DNA of 64,000 bases from Octopus sinensis (Eukaryota): the NCBI RefSeq assembly GCF_006345805.1, contig NC_043000.1, positions 158,038,001 through 158,102,000 on the forward strand, given 5' to 3'. A model generated the notes under the pieces. It worked only from the letters and a program-made list of their open reading frames with translations, did no database searches and was not told the origin of the DNA. Both the position numbers and the translations under genes were made by a program. This document shows, one piece after another, positions 13,097-25,795 of the stretch (within the stretch, counting starts at the first letter, position 1; each line of letters opens with the position of its first letter).

Positions 13097-14679
13097 TTGT
13101 AGTTTTTACACTCTTTTTTGTCTTATATATGTATGCAAATTCCGCCGACGTGGGCGTTGCCTTTCATCCTTCCGGAATTGATAAAATAAGTACCAGCTGA
13201 GCATTGAGGTTGATGTAATCGACCCAATCCTTCTCTGTAATTGCTCACCTTGTGCCGAAATTTAAAACCAAAAAATATGATTTGGTGGATAGAAACTGAA
13301 GTGTGTGTGAGTGTTTGCTCGTGTGTGCGTGCATGTATGTGATACCCCATGTATCTTTGTCTTGCGATATGTTTGCCTCTCCCAAACCTTTGACAACTGC
13401 TGTTGTTGTGTGTACATCCCGGTCAGGTTGGTATTTCAGCAAAAGTGCTCTATATGAAAAAAAAACTTGCTCACAAACATTGGGTTCTATTTGTTCGACT
13501 CAACCATTTAAGACTGTGTCTCAAATTGTTCGCAGCTCAATGCCTGAGATAAGGAAAAGTTAAAAGATATTTCGCCAACATTCCTCAATCTAAGGTTATT
13601 GAAGAAGACACTTGGCCAACGTTCCCTGCAGCGAATCCAAAACCTAGAATCAACTGATTCCAAAGTAATGTTATTAGCGAAAGAAATCTACCTGTGCTCA
13701 ATTCAGTAGAAATAACACCCTTCTCCTATACGTCTATGATATAAATATGTCAGAAACCCAGCTGGAAAAATTATTAAAAAAAAAAATTAAAAGTTATAGC
13801 TTTGCTATCATAATAGAGTCTCATATTGCCTATTTACACCTTCTCTTCAGCTAGAATGTGTAAGAAAGCAAACATTGTAAGTACTATTAGAAGCATTAAA
13901 TAAGATCTAAAAGCATAAATATCTAGGTAGCAATTAAGTAGACTAAGTATATAATGTTTAAATGTAAGAAGTATAGGAAAGGAAGTTATACGAAAGTTCA
14001 CCGTAATGCAAAATAAAGTGAAATAACTACCAATAGTATGTATTTAATATATGATTTAGCTTGATGAGATTCCAAATGTTTGCAGAAAACGGAAACATCT
14101 AACGGAATTAAGATACCTTCAAAGAAAAGCTGATACGGAACAATATTTGCATACGAAGTTAAACAGAGGCAACGTCTTACATCTGTTAAAATAGGCCAGG
14201 AAATATTTTCCTACATGTGGTCTTGAAATAAAAACGTGACATTCACGTAAAATATTAATTCTTTTATTCTGATACTTGTTTTAGTCATTTGACTGCGGTC
14301 ATGCTGGAGCACCGCCTTAAGGATTATTGGCTTTTTAATTATGTAAACTGCCATAATGTGTGAGGCCAATATACATCTGACAGAAAAACTTTGCCGGCTT
14401 TCACTGGTTTCCAACATTCCTTCAGGCTAAATTTATTTTGAGTAAGATTAAATGTATTTTTACAAAGTACAAAACTAAAATTTTGTTGCTTTGTAAATTT
14501 TTCATGCAGGGTAATATATTAAAAAGCCTTTAGTTTTTCGACTGTCACAGAGATCAACATTAAATTCAGTTCGTGGTGTGTAAGAAAATCACTATGATGA
14601 TATCGTAATATATTATATGTAAAATAATAATATTCTCTTTTTTTTTTACTGGTTATCAAATACAGAAAGAGCAAGAGAA

Positions 14680-14683
14680 GAGA

Positions 14684-14751
<68 letters not shown>

Positions 14752-14760
14752 GAGAGAGAG
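14680..14760. repeat. (GA)n microsatellite
   Basis: Seen directly. Confidence 0.95.
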
Positions 14761-15499
14761 GGTGGGTGGGTGAGGTAGTGAGATAAAACGATGAAAAGTA
14801 AAATCACGTTAATTCTGCGCTTTGATATAATATGGATTGTCGACTTAGAAGCGATGAAAGTTAGGGTGTGTACCAGTGGGATTGGAACTTAAAATCTCAT
14901 GAGAGCTAACATTAAACGTTCCACTGTTTCTGGCACTTCACCATTTTTTTTCTTCTTACAAGCAAACTTAATTCTTCATATTGGCATAGTGCCAAGCATT
15001 TGTTTATACATTTTATGCAGTAATTGTATCACTTAACACAATAAACATATATTAAAGTACGTATAAGACTATAAAAGTGGTATTAACTTATATATAAGAG
15101 AAATCAAATGAATATTTAGTTACAAACTTAGAATACACCAGATATTTTAAATACCCTTGAAAGCTTCGACAAACAAGCGTAACAAAGATAGGAAGAAAAT
15201 ATATATAGGAAAGGGAACGAAAGATGCAAAAGGTAGAACAATATAATACTTACAAGGGTTAATGTGTTTTGGTTAATACTCTCAAGAAGTTTATGAGACT
15301 GACTGCTGGAGAGAACCAATTTATATCTAATTTAAAATCCTAATTCGAAAACAGAAGCATATCTGATATATAAGAAGGAAAAGAATTTACGTATGATTGG
15401 TGTTTGAGTGCTTTGGCGTAACGATTATATTATGAGCTGAGATAATACCGCACAATTGAAATACCAACAACTGTCCTATGTCCAGCTGGTATAAGACGG

Positions 15500-15730
15500 T
15501 GACCTGGCAGAAACGTTAACACGCTGGTCAAAATGCCTAGCGGTATTTCATCTGCCGTTACGTTGTGAGTTCAAATTCCGTCGAGGTCGATTTTGCCTTT
15601 CATCCTTTCGGGGTCGATAAATTAAGTACCAGTTACGCACTGGGATCGATGTAATCGACTCAATACCTATGTCTGTCCTTGTTTGTCCCCTCTGTGTTTA
15701 GCCCCTTGTGGGTAATAAAGAAATAGGTAT
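15500..15730 (+). mobile_element. SINE group B, head plus one unit
   Basis: Matches 3381-3615. Confidence 0.8.
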
Positions 15731-16204
15731 GAATATATCTATCTTTTATATCGAAGGAAATAAATAAGAAGGATGACATTTTTCTAAAACGGCTTTTTGC
15801 CGAACGAGTAGAAATTGGTAACTTTTTTGCAGAATTCTCTTTGGAACACAGAGTTAGGCTAGATATTGAAGTTCATTTGAGATCTGAAATGTACAATATT
15901 GGTGTGCCAAGGTTAATGACTTTTATATTAAAAGTTAGAAATAATCGAATTGGCGCTTCCCTTCGCCTACGTAGAAAACACATTTGCATTTTTATGTCCC
16001 TTTGAGTTTTACTTTTGTTATCGAAAACACTGCACGGGACTGGAAAACAACAATTGGAAATGATTTTGAAGATTGTATTTATAGTTTGTATATGGACAGC
16101 TTCACTTTGTAACAAATCGATTCTGGCCATGAAGAAGGTCTGGACACTCACTCTTCTATAATTGATAACCCACACTCTGCACTCCAACTTGTTCTTCAGA
16201 CCTT

Positions 16205-16284
16205 GCTTGATATTACCATTGATTGCGGAGCATCGGCCTAACTTCCCTCTCTGAAAATTCCAATAAGTCTATAATGTATGTATG

Positions 16285-16352
<68 letters not shown>

Positions 16353-16355
16353 ATA

Positions 16356-16402
<47 letters not shown>

Positions 16403-16521
16403 GCCTGCTCGCTTAGCCAGCGGGGTGGCGTCATTCGGAGGCTAAAACAGTGCGAACGCATTGTGACCAGCGATGTGTAACTACATCTGATGGACTGGTC
16501 GGTCACGTGATCACGTGATAT
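16205..16521 (-). repeat. Interspersed repeat with internal (TA)/(TG) microsatellite, ending in TCACGTGATCACGTGA
   Basis: GC-rich flanks around a microsatellite and a terminal 16-bp palindrome. I recall similar sequence as a common octopus repeat; class not determined. Confidence 0.4.
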
Positions 16522-16593
16522 ATATATATATATATATATTATTGGTGAATTGAAGAAATGGAGCTGAACGCAGATTGAACAGAAATCGTTTTA

Positions 16594-16683
16594 TTTCATT
16601 CTACACGTGTTTCGAAAGGCACAAATTACCAAAATCCGATTGAATAATGGGACCATATTGTGTCTTTCTCTTCAGGAAGAAAA
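16594..16683 (-). ncRNA. Type I hammerhead ribozyme motif (Penelope-type, long loop II) in a short element between (TA)n tracts
   Basis: Minus: UUUUCUUC-CUGAAGA-GAAAGACACAA..UUGUGCCUUUC-GAAAC-ACGU-GUA/GAAUGAAA. Core intact, palindromic stem III ACACGUGU. Confidence 0.7.
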
Positions 16684-16743
16684 TAGGAGAAAATATATAT
16701 ATATATACGTATATGTATGTATGTATGTATGTATGTATGCATG

Positions 16744-16779
<36 letters not shown>

Positions 16780-18341
16780 GTGTGTGTGTGTGTGTGTTTG
16801 TGTTTTCTGTGAGCATGTTTGTGTTTTTGTGTAGACATTTATTTGCATTAGAATTTACATATTAATGTGCATTTGAGAATTCATTTCATTGCTACACTCT
16901 ATGCTCAGATTATATGACTGCCAAAACTTCTCGACATTTTTCGGACACAGTTAACCAAACAACGCAAAATTATTTTAATCACCTGAAAACCTGCATTTTG
17001 AACAACCGACTTCAAGCACCACCGTCTAAGGAATCTGTTATTTTCTCGTTGCTACACGAAATGATATCAGATATGACAAAAGATTTGGTTCAACAGCATA
17101 AAATTACAAAACAGAGGAGACAAAATTAGTAGAAATTACATGCAACACGTTTACTATATTGAAAACCACACTCATCGGACATCGTAAATATGGTTAAGCG
17201 ATGCACTAAAGTAGACAGCTCACCACACTATAGTTTATCAACAAATGAGAAATTCAATAATGTTGTACAAACAATATATGAGATACTATATGGATTATGT
17301 CTCACCTGTGTATACTCCCATTCTGTCCGTAACAAAGCACAATAAATTCCAAAGTAACACTAAGAAAATAAAACTACGGTTTATCAAGGGTTATACAGAA
17401 ACCACAAAAAAATCAATCAAAGAAAAAAACATGTCGGAGAACTAAGTCTCGTAATATGTTTACTTGTTAAATATTGCGCTTTTCTAAATCACGACTGTAT
17501 GCAAACTATGATTAGTGATTAGTCGTCGCAGTAAACGAAAATTTTAGCTGTCAGACAGAGATGATATACAATAAATACGAAGAGACAAAAGTATAGTAAA
17601 TTGAATTATAAAAAGATGATAATTGAGTAACTAAGTATTTATTTATATATGTAGATCTCTATGTATGAATATATATATTATGCATATGCATATAGATTAT
17701 ATCTGTATATATACATGTGTAAATATATAAACTATACACACACACATATATATATACAAACATATATATAGATATATGTTATGTATTGCATGTACACACA
17801 TACACATGCATACACACAGACACGCATATATATATCTATACATATATAAGCGTGTTTGTGTGTGTATATATAATTGTGTATGTATATAAGTACTAGTTAC
17901 TTCTCTCGGTTGTATATTTTCCAAAATATGACATTTCACAACATCTGCGTTCGTATTGTGCTGTGCGCTCTTTAATCATTTCGTAAAACTAATTCGGTAA
18001 GTCGGAGAAATCTACGCAGTTTAGAAGTTGTATCGTGTGTTTGCTGAAATAATAAACACGTCAATAAGTATGGGAAATACCACGGTACTTTTGGAAATGC
18101 AACTATGAAATTCATAATTACTTTTGAAGTTATATTTCTCTTGACGTAATTGTTTCTTGAGAGTGGTTAGTACTGAAAATGCACTTACAACATGGGATAT
18201 CTTTGAAATCTATATTTTTCTTATATCCTAAATATTACATCTAATTTAACTGTAGTTATCTATCATGCTTATCTTAACGGTAGGAACTGAACAGTTTTAG
18301 AAGCAGCTACATGCTTTTATCTACATGGTTTAACCAGTGTA

Positions 18342-18490
18342 TACCTACCTTCCTACCTACCTACCTACCTACCTACCTACCTACCTACCTACTACCTACC
18401 TACCTACCTACCTACCTACCTACCTACATACCTAACTACCTACCTACCTACCTACCTACCTAACTACCTAACTACCTACCTACCTACCTA
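18342..18490. repeat. (CCTA)n tetranucleotide microsatellite
   Basis: Seen directly. Confidence 0.95.
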
Positions 18491-19632
18491 TATATATATA
18501 GGGTAAATATTACTAAAAAACAATAATTTTTACCAGTGGTCAGCATGCGTGATAAAAGTAGGAAGTCATAAATATTTCTATATAACAGTATATAAAACTT
18601 TGTAGACGGAGAGGAGTCCACCATGTGGACTCCTAACATGCTGAAAAGGAGAGTCAAAGCCCAAACCAGAGAATTGGTATTGACAAGTCAAAATGATGAC
18701 GAAACATCGATGTCTGTCGCTCCGAAAAGAAAATAAAGATTTGATGTGGGTTTTCTTGCTTGGCAATGTCTTACTTTCGGGTGGTTTTACAACAAGAGCA
18801 TTGAGAATATATTCCCTTACGTCTAAAAAGCACAGCCGCCCGATGAACTAACAACACACACGAAAACATCGTGCATGTGTGTTCGACTTTGTTTATATAT
18901 GTGTGTGCGTGTCGTCTGTGTGTGTGCGTGTCTATAATTGTTAAAACAGAAAACGCAACAATGAAAATCATTGGAAAACTGCTACCGTCAAATTTACACG
19001 TGACGAGTTATCAGTTGCCTTTAACGTGATAAGTCTAACGAAAATTAGTTTCAGTCTTCACTATCAAACATTCATAGAGTTGGCCTGTGTATAGAAGCAA
19101 GGCATTGTTGAATGAAGATCTGGGAAGACACAGACAACTTTTGATATGATAAAGAAAGGACAATCTGACTAAAAAAAAACATCTGCTAATTTTCGAGTTA
19201 TATATACCTGGTGCCGCCCCCCAAATTTTGTACGTTACCCAGAATGTTTGCAAGGAAGATTCAAATATGTATAGTTTGATTTAGGGCATGCAGGGTAGTT
19301 TGGCGCAATAAGCAGATTAGAAATAATTTACGCTGAAAACCAGTTAAAGGACACGAAAAACTGTCATCTATGACATAAGAGGTTATTAATCAAGTATTCC
19401 TATATCGGTGCTGATCATAAGAACAATGATTTTATACATGCAAAGTAGCAGAAGCTTGGAAAAGAACTCTCTCAATCGGAGTCCTAAAACGAGTTGCTCG
19501 AAGCCCCAATGTTCATTCGGTTGAACCCGTATAAATCGTATTGATAGAAGGTTGATCGAAGATCGTCGATAATTACATGACTTACGTACAGAGGAATAAA
19601 TATTGATGAGTCTGCCGTTTCTAATTTAATTA

Positions 19633-20036
19633 AGGAGTGGCTGTGTGGTAAGTAGCTTGCTAACCAACCACATGGTTCCGGGTTCAGTCCCACTGCGTAG
19701 CATCTTGGGCAAGTGACTTCTGCTATAGCCCCGGGCCGACCAATGCCTTGTGAGTGGATTTGGTAGACGGAAACTGAAAGAAGCCTGTCGTATATATGTA
19801 TATATATATATATATGAGTGTGTTTGTGTGTGTGTGTTTGTCCCCCTAGCATTGCTTGACAACCGATGCTGGTGTGTTTACGTCCCCATCACTTAACGGT
19901 TCGGCAAAAGAGACCGATAGAATAAGTACTGGGCTTACAAAGAATAAGTTCCGGGGTCGATTTACTCGACTAAAGGTGGTGCTCCAGCATGGCCGCAGTC
20001 AAATGACTGAAACAAGTAAAAGAGTAAAAGAGAGTA
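19633..20036 (+). mobile_element. SINE group A
   Basis: Full head, core, internal microsatellite and GAGTAAAA tail. Confidence 0.85.
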
Positions 20037-20229
20037 TAGAATTGAGTGAAAACCGTGATAATAGCTAAAGGAAGGTGTACAAAAGATTGAAACAGTCCAT
20101 CTTTCATTTCGTATAATTTTTCCAGAAGTTAATTACAATATTTACTAAAGATCTCAGTTCACTGAGAATGCACTGGCTTTGGAATAACTAATGCTACTGT
20201 CTAAAATATCTGTCCTTCAGATATTCTTA

Positions 20230-20624
20230 TATTCTTTTAATTATTTCAGTCATTTGACTGCGGCCATGCTGGAGCACCGCCTTTAATCGAACAAATCGAT
20301 CTCAAGACTTATTCTTTGTAAGCCTAGTACTTATTCGATCGTTCTATTTTGCCGAACCGCTAAGTTACGGGGACGTAAACACACCAGCGTTGGTTTTCAA
20401 GCGATGGTGGTGGGGAACACACACAGTCACAAAAACATATACATACACACACATATATACACGACAGGCTTATTTCAGTTTTTGTCAACCAAATATACTC
20501 ACAAGGCTTTGGTCTTCCCGAGGTTATAGAAGATACTTGCCCAAAGTGCCATGCAGCCGGACTCAACCCGGAACCATGTGGTTGGTAAGCAAGCTACTTA
20601 CCACACAGCCACTCCTGCGCCTAT
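20230..20624 (-). mobile_element. SINE group A
   Basis: Reverse complement of the group A sequence; head begins TAGGCGCAGGAGTGGCTGTGTGGTAAGTAGCTTGC. Confidence 0.85.
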
Positions 20625-22289
20625 GCTTATGTTTCATTACGTATTGGAAGTTTATTACGAATTACGTATTGGAAGTTTATTTCTATGAAACAAGCGGTAA
20701 ATACGTCTAACGTATCAAGCCACAACAACTGAATCTTGCAATAAAAATCTATTTCCTACCTTTCATTGTGTACATTGAAAATATTATTGAATATATATTG
20801 TATATATTGTATATATTATTAAATATAGTCATGTTTAAATATTTTACTCTATGGTATTAAAGCATTTCTTCTTGATCATTTATTATTAATACGCTTGGCT
20901 TCCACGCAAATATCATGTAGATTAATAATTTTCATACTTGTTCTTTTGCATAATCTTTGCTGACAGGATATATTTCTGAAGAACATAACTGTTCCGTCAT
21001 TGCTAAATTTAAATCTATGAAGTTTATTTCCAGATGTCGTCAATGAGTTAAAAATTATTTAGAATAGATTTATTTTCTCATTACTTTATATATATTGCAT
21101 CAACTTTTACGTATATCATGAATACTTCTAAAAATGTCACTAATATCATTAAACATCCAGTGCTGCTCTGCAGAACACGTCATCAACGACACATCCATGA
21201 TTAGAAATCGCGACCGACTCCTAATAAAACCCACAAAGCATTTTGAATCCCCAAGAAAAATTTCAAAAATAATGTTCGGGCATATTATAAATAAGTCTAT
21301 ATTTTTAGAATAGAATCCGGAAAACAGATAATTTAATACAAGTTTCAGTTATTGAATGTTAATACCTCATTCTGCAACTGCAAACAATGGACGAAAATCT
21401 CCATCAAATAATGTTATTTTCACTCCCAAAATAGTCTGAACTCTGTTGACATCTATGAAGCCTCTGACAATGACAGTAAGAAAATGTTCTGAAATCGTGG
21501 TTGTTTCGTCAATTATGAAACAAATTTTGATAACGTGTGTGTGTGTGTGAGGTAGGGGTCGCATACATTGCAAACGCTCATGTCAACTTATGCATTGGTA
21601 ATTGCTATCTGAAATTTAGAGAGGTGGCATTTGCAGTTGTATAACCACAAAAATGAAAAAGGATTGAAAGCGAACACTTTACACGATCAATCAAGAACAT
21701 CAGCAAAGTAACAGCGTGTGGAGAAAAGAAACACAGTAATGCTTTCCAGGAATATTTATAATTACATTTGCTATATATCTCTGAGAGTTGGCTACCTTAA
21801 CAATATGGAATATTACTGGTGTTGAATCAAAAAGGTTGGAGAAAACCAACTGTTGAAAAGTTGTTTCAGTTTTGAGAGGGAAAATTCATTAATTGCATAG
21901 AACAACCCTTTGCGAATCACTCGATATACTCTGCCTATGTTTGGTATATACACTAAACTAATGATTTTCAAACTGAATTTTTAATTATCAAGTACCTAAT
22001 GTGTTGTTTTCTACCATACCCGTACAATAACGAATATATATATATATATGGTGGGAGACCCTGATTTTGAAATGAAATGGTATATATAAAGAACAGATAC
22101 ACTGAAGTTATTATGCTCTCAGGTTTTCAAGCTGTTTTTAACAATGAGCGTAGTATACTCAAGCAACAAGGAGTAGATCATATATATATATATATAAAGG
22201 ATTGTAAACGAACGCAGTATACGATCAATCAAGAACATCACCAAAGTAACAGAGAGATACTATTGACAATCCAATAATTTATTATTTAA

Positions 22290-23670
22290 TCGGATGAAAT
22301 GAATATAAAAATATGAATGAGGGAAACGAACGGCGCCCGCCGACCGCCGTCTCCCGAAAACAATGTTCTTTTTAGAATAAACAGGGTGAGGTTTCAAACA
22401 TCTTATCATTTTACAATGACGAGGCTTTTATATCTCTTACCCGTATTCCCCTTCTTCAACATCTTCAAACTGAATATCGCTTCTGATCCCGTACCCAGCC
22501 ATTTCCCACGCCCCACTCAAACACAAAGCGTGTGTCGTTCCGGGGTCACCCAGCCATAAGCGATACTCCTCTCTGTGTTTCTTCAGCCTTTGCATCACGG
22601 GCAGCTTTACGAGCGCCACAGATAGCTGTGGAGACCATTCGCGATCCCGTATGCAGGCTAGAACTACTCCCTCTTGGTGCTTCTCCACTACCGCCTTCTC
22701 CTCTTGCTGTTTAAGCCACTCTTTGGGTAGGGTAATCTCCCACTCGAAAGCAGTGCTTTTCTTGTGGTTCTTGTTGACCGTCATGTTAGAAAAAACAAAA
22801 AGAAAATTCACAGTGATATTAAAAAAATCTTTGAAGTAAACAGAAGAGAAAACAGTTCAGGAAAAAACAAAACAAAACAAATCAAAAAGACACGACGAAC
22901 ACACTCTTCCGGCCACAAGTACTCCTAGCCCGAACTGGAACTTAATAGCGACAGCAAAATGAGTTACTCCGAAGCCGGAACTGCAGCAAACTAGATACTA
23001 CCAGGCAGGACTTTCAGCAAACCAGGAACAGAAACACTGTTATGGTGGCGAGATACGCCCAACAAAACACAATTTTTTTTCTTTTTCTTTTTGGTGGCGG
23101 GATACGCCCACCGAAACAAACCAAAAAATTTAATTCACTAAAAAGTGAGTACAACTAACCTTGCCTCAGGCAGAAAATGTCTACAGTTCAGCAGAGATTT
23201 ATTAAAAATAACACAACAAATCTCCACCGAACTCAAAAGCAAAAAGTCCTACTTGTAGCGAGTCTCTTTTTTTTTTCTTTTATTCACGCATTTCGAAGCG
23301 ACGTTACAACTGAAAATTGGTAGTAACAGCAAAACCAGGCACTCCGAAGCAGGAACTACAGCAAACCAGGTACTCCAAGCCAAGAATTACAGCACAGGAG
23401 TAACATTTTGGTGGCGAGATACGTCCACCCAAAAAATGTTTAACTCACTAAAAATTGGGTATAACTAGACTCACCACAGGCAGACCAAATATGTTTAGAG
23501 TTCAGCAGGTATCTATTAGAAATAATAAAACAATAAATTCCCACCGAACTAAAAACAAAAAAAAAAGTCTTACCTGTAGCCAATCTCTTTTATTTCTCTT
23601 ATTCACGTAGCTCAAAGCGACGTGACATTCACAGTAGCAGTAGCCGACAACTGATGGCGGATGTGTCGAG
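22290..23670 (-). mobile_element. Tx1/L1-like ORF1-only element, internally deleted (copy 1)
   Basis: ORF 22437-22811 joins an N-terminus (KKSTAFEWEITLPKEWLKQQEE, cf. copy 2 KALEWDIAPPK/NWIKSHEE) to a C-terminal block (LACIRDREWSPQLSV, cf. copy 2 INCIKDPGWPLQIAV). The 3' UTR motif matches copies 2 and 3. Confidence 0.6.
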
Positions 23671-23685
23671 AGTAAGCAAGCTACT

Positions 23686-25693
23686 TTATTTCATTTCAAT
23701 TTGCCATCAAGGCATTAGATAGAAGTATTAGCTGCGAGCTGGACAATAACATTAATGAGATGAATGATGAAAAAAAATGGTATTAATGAGGGAAGGCAGA
23801 CGACGCCCACCGATCGCTGCTTCTCTAGGACATTATTCTTTTACAAAACACAATATGAGGTAATATAACTCTTACTAATGTTCCATTGGACACACGGTCC
23901 TTACAATGAGGCACCAAGCCTCTTACCAAAAATAACACAATGTCCTTACAAACGAGACACTAGGCCTCTTACATTTTCTGTTATGAGCCATATGCCCTTT
24001 CAGCATGAAGCACTCAGCCTCTTAATTTTTACTATTTTCCGCCTCGCCGGCACCCGACCTGGCTCGAAAGGTCACTTAAGAACTCCGATAGTGCGAGGCA
24101 AGAGCGCCTGCAATCGGAAGCGGAATACATCTTATGGGACGTAGTTTATTACCTTGAAAAAATCCGTGTCTGAGATGACCTCCACAGCTATCTGCAGAGG
24201 CCATCCAGGATCTTTAATGCAGTTTATGTCTCCTCCACTGGCAAACCTTTTCGTAAACTTTCCCACCGCCTCTCCCCTGTTGAAGAAGACGAAACATTCC
24301 TCCATCATATGGGTCGAGACAACAACTTCTACTGTCGGTGGCACAATTTCCCCCAATGGGGCTTCGGAACATGCCGGCAGTGAATTAACCGCCGGCACTG
24401 CCCCGTTTTTCTTCTTTCGTCTCCCCTTTGCTACGAGAGGGTGTAGTTCCTCCGCTTTAACCGGAGGATCTTCCCTCCCTCCCGCAGCCTTGGGGTCCTT
24501 CGGTGGGCAACCATTGTTGCCCCCCTTCCTCTTTTTTCCCTTTTTTTCGGGGAGGTCTCCATTGCCTCCATCTCTCCCTCCGAAGGAGGAGGTGAGAGTT
24601 CTTCCATAACTAACTGTTCCAAGACAGTTCTTTTTAATGTGACCTGGTTCCAGACGTAGGCGACACTTGGGGGAGGGCGTCAATCAAGAATCACTGGATA
24701 TCTACAACCGACCATTTTAAGAAAATCTGCAAACACCAGATTCTTGGCTGATTGGCTCCACAGGGTCGAAACCACTTCTGACCCAACACAATCAGCCGCA
24801 GGCAAAATTTTGACATCGAGGATCTTGGCTCTGCTGCCAACCAGACCCCGGCGGATAGTGTCTTCTAGCAACTCGGGTTCTATCATGGGTGGCAACCTAC
24901 AGACCCAAGCCCTTGTCAACTCCTTCCCACAATACGTGGGAACAAACAATATCTCTTCGCCCTCTAAGGGCTGATTCGCAAAACTGCGATCTTCTTCAGG
25001 GTTTTCAAATAGCAGTCACACCATCGCATATTTGACACCCCTGGAAATAAATTTTATAGTTGGCATGTATTCCGCCAACCCTCTCTCTATATCAATATTT
25101 TTGAAGAGGGTGATGGTGTCGAGCGACTTGGAGTATTCCCGCAGCACCACCATCCTCTCCTCATGACTTTTTATCCAATTTTGGGTGGAGCAATGTCCCA
25201 CTCCAACGCCTTATTAGCTTTCTTTGCTATGTTTTTAAGTCCCCAAAAAGTCAAACACAAGTTAAAAAAAGTTCGAAGAAAAAATTTCTAGGTCAGTACT
25301 CCTGGCCTAGGGTAATCCCCCAGCAGGAACAGTGCTCCACAAATTGGTATAATTCCACGAATTTCTCAACGTTTTGGTAAAATCCACAAATTTCAAAATT
25401 TTTGGTAAAATTTCACAACTTTTGGTAAAATTCCACGAATTTCACAACTATTTTTTGGAGGTGAGACACGCCCCCAAATCAACAATTCTCATCACTAAGT
25501 GATTCACTTAGAGCGGGACTCAGCGAGGGTTTCTTATTTGCGAAAAGAAAAACCATATAAAATAACAAAATCCCGCTAAGTCCCCCCTCCCCAAGAAAAC
25601 ATGCCAACCTTACAGTCGCGCCTTCAACGTTCAAGAACACGAAAGCAACATCTTGACAATACCAGTGTGGTGGTAACTGACTAACGCATGCGC
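23686..25693 (-). mobile_element. Tx1/L1-like ORF1-only non-LTR element (copy 2), ~2 kb, with 15-bp TSD
   Basis: AGTAAGCAAGCTACT at 23671-23685 and 25694-25708; 3' end AATGAAATAAA; degenerate ORF1 ~25240-24132 with an RRM-like segment (RAWVCRLPPMIEPELLEDTIRRGL) and a zinc knuckle; no EN/RT between ORF1 and the 3' end. Confidence 0.7.
24132..25240 (-). pseudogene. Degenerate gag-like ORF1 with a single CCHC zinc knuckle
   Basis: C-RL-R(C)-LEPG-H-IKKN-C at 24624-24665 (second Cys TGT>CGT); in-frame stops at ~25016 and ~24680 and a frameshift near 25190. Confidence 0.65.
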
Positions 25694-25746
25694 AGTAAGC
25701 AAGCTACTCCTGCACCTACGAAGCCACTAATACATATATATATATG

Positions 25747-25795
<49 letters not shown>

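Noticed and set aside
18680-18715. Hammerhead-like GTCA..TGAC-GAAAC-ATCGAT-GTC
   Set aside because: The core reads TTGACAA and no stem I is found; at best a fossil.
21370-21500. Possible Penelope GIY-YIG remnant (CNCKQ..VDIYEA)
   Set aside because: Too short and degenerate to support by eye.
21668-22260. ~50-bp diverged direct repeat (21668-21720 vs 22206-22258)
   Set aside because: Short old duplication with no evident function.
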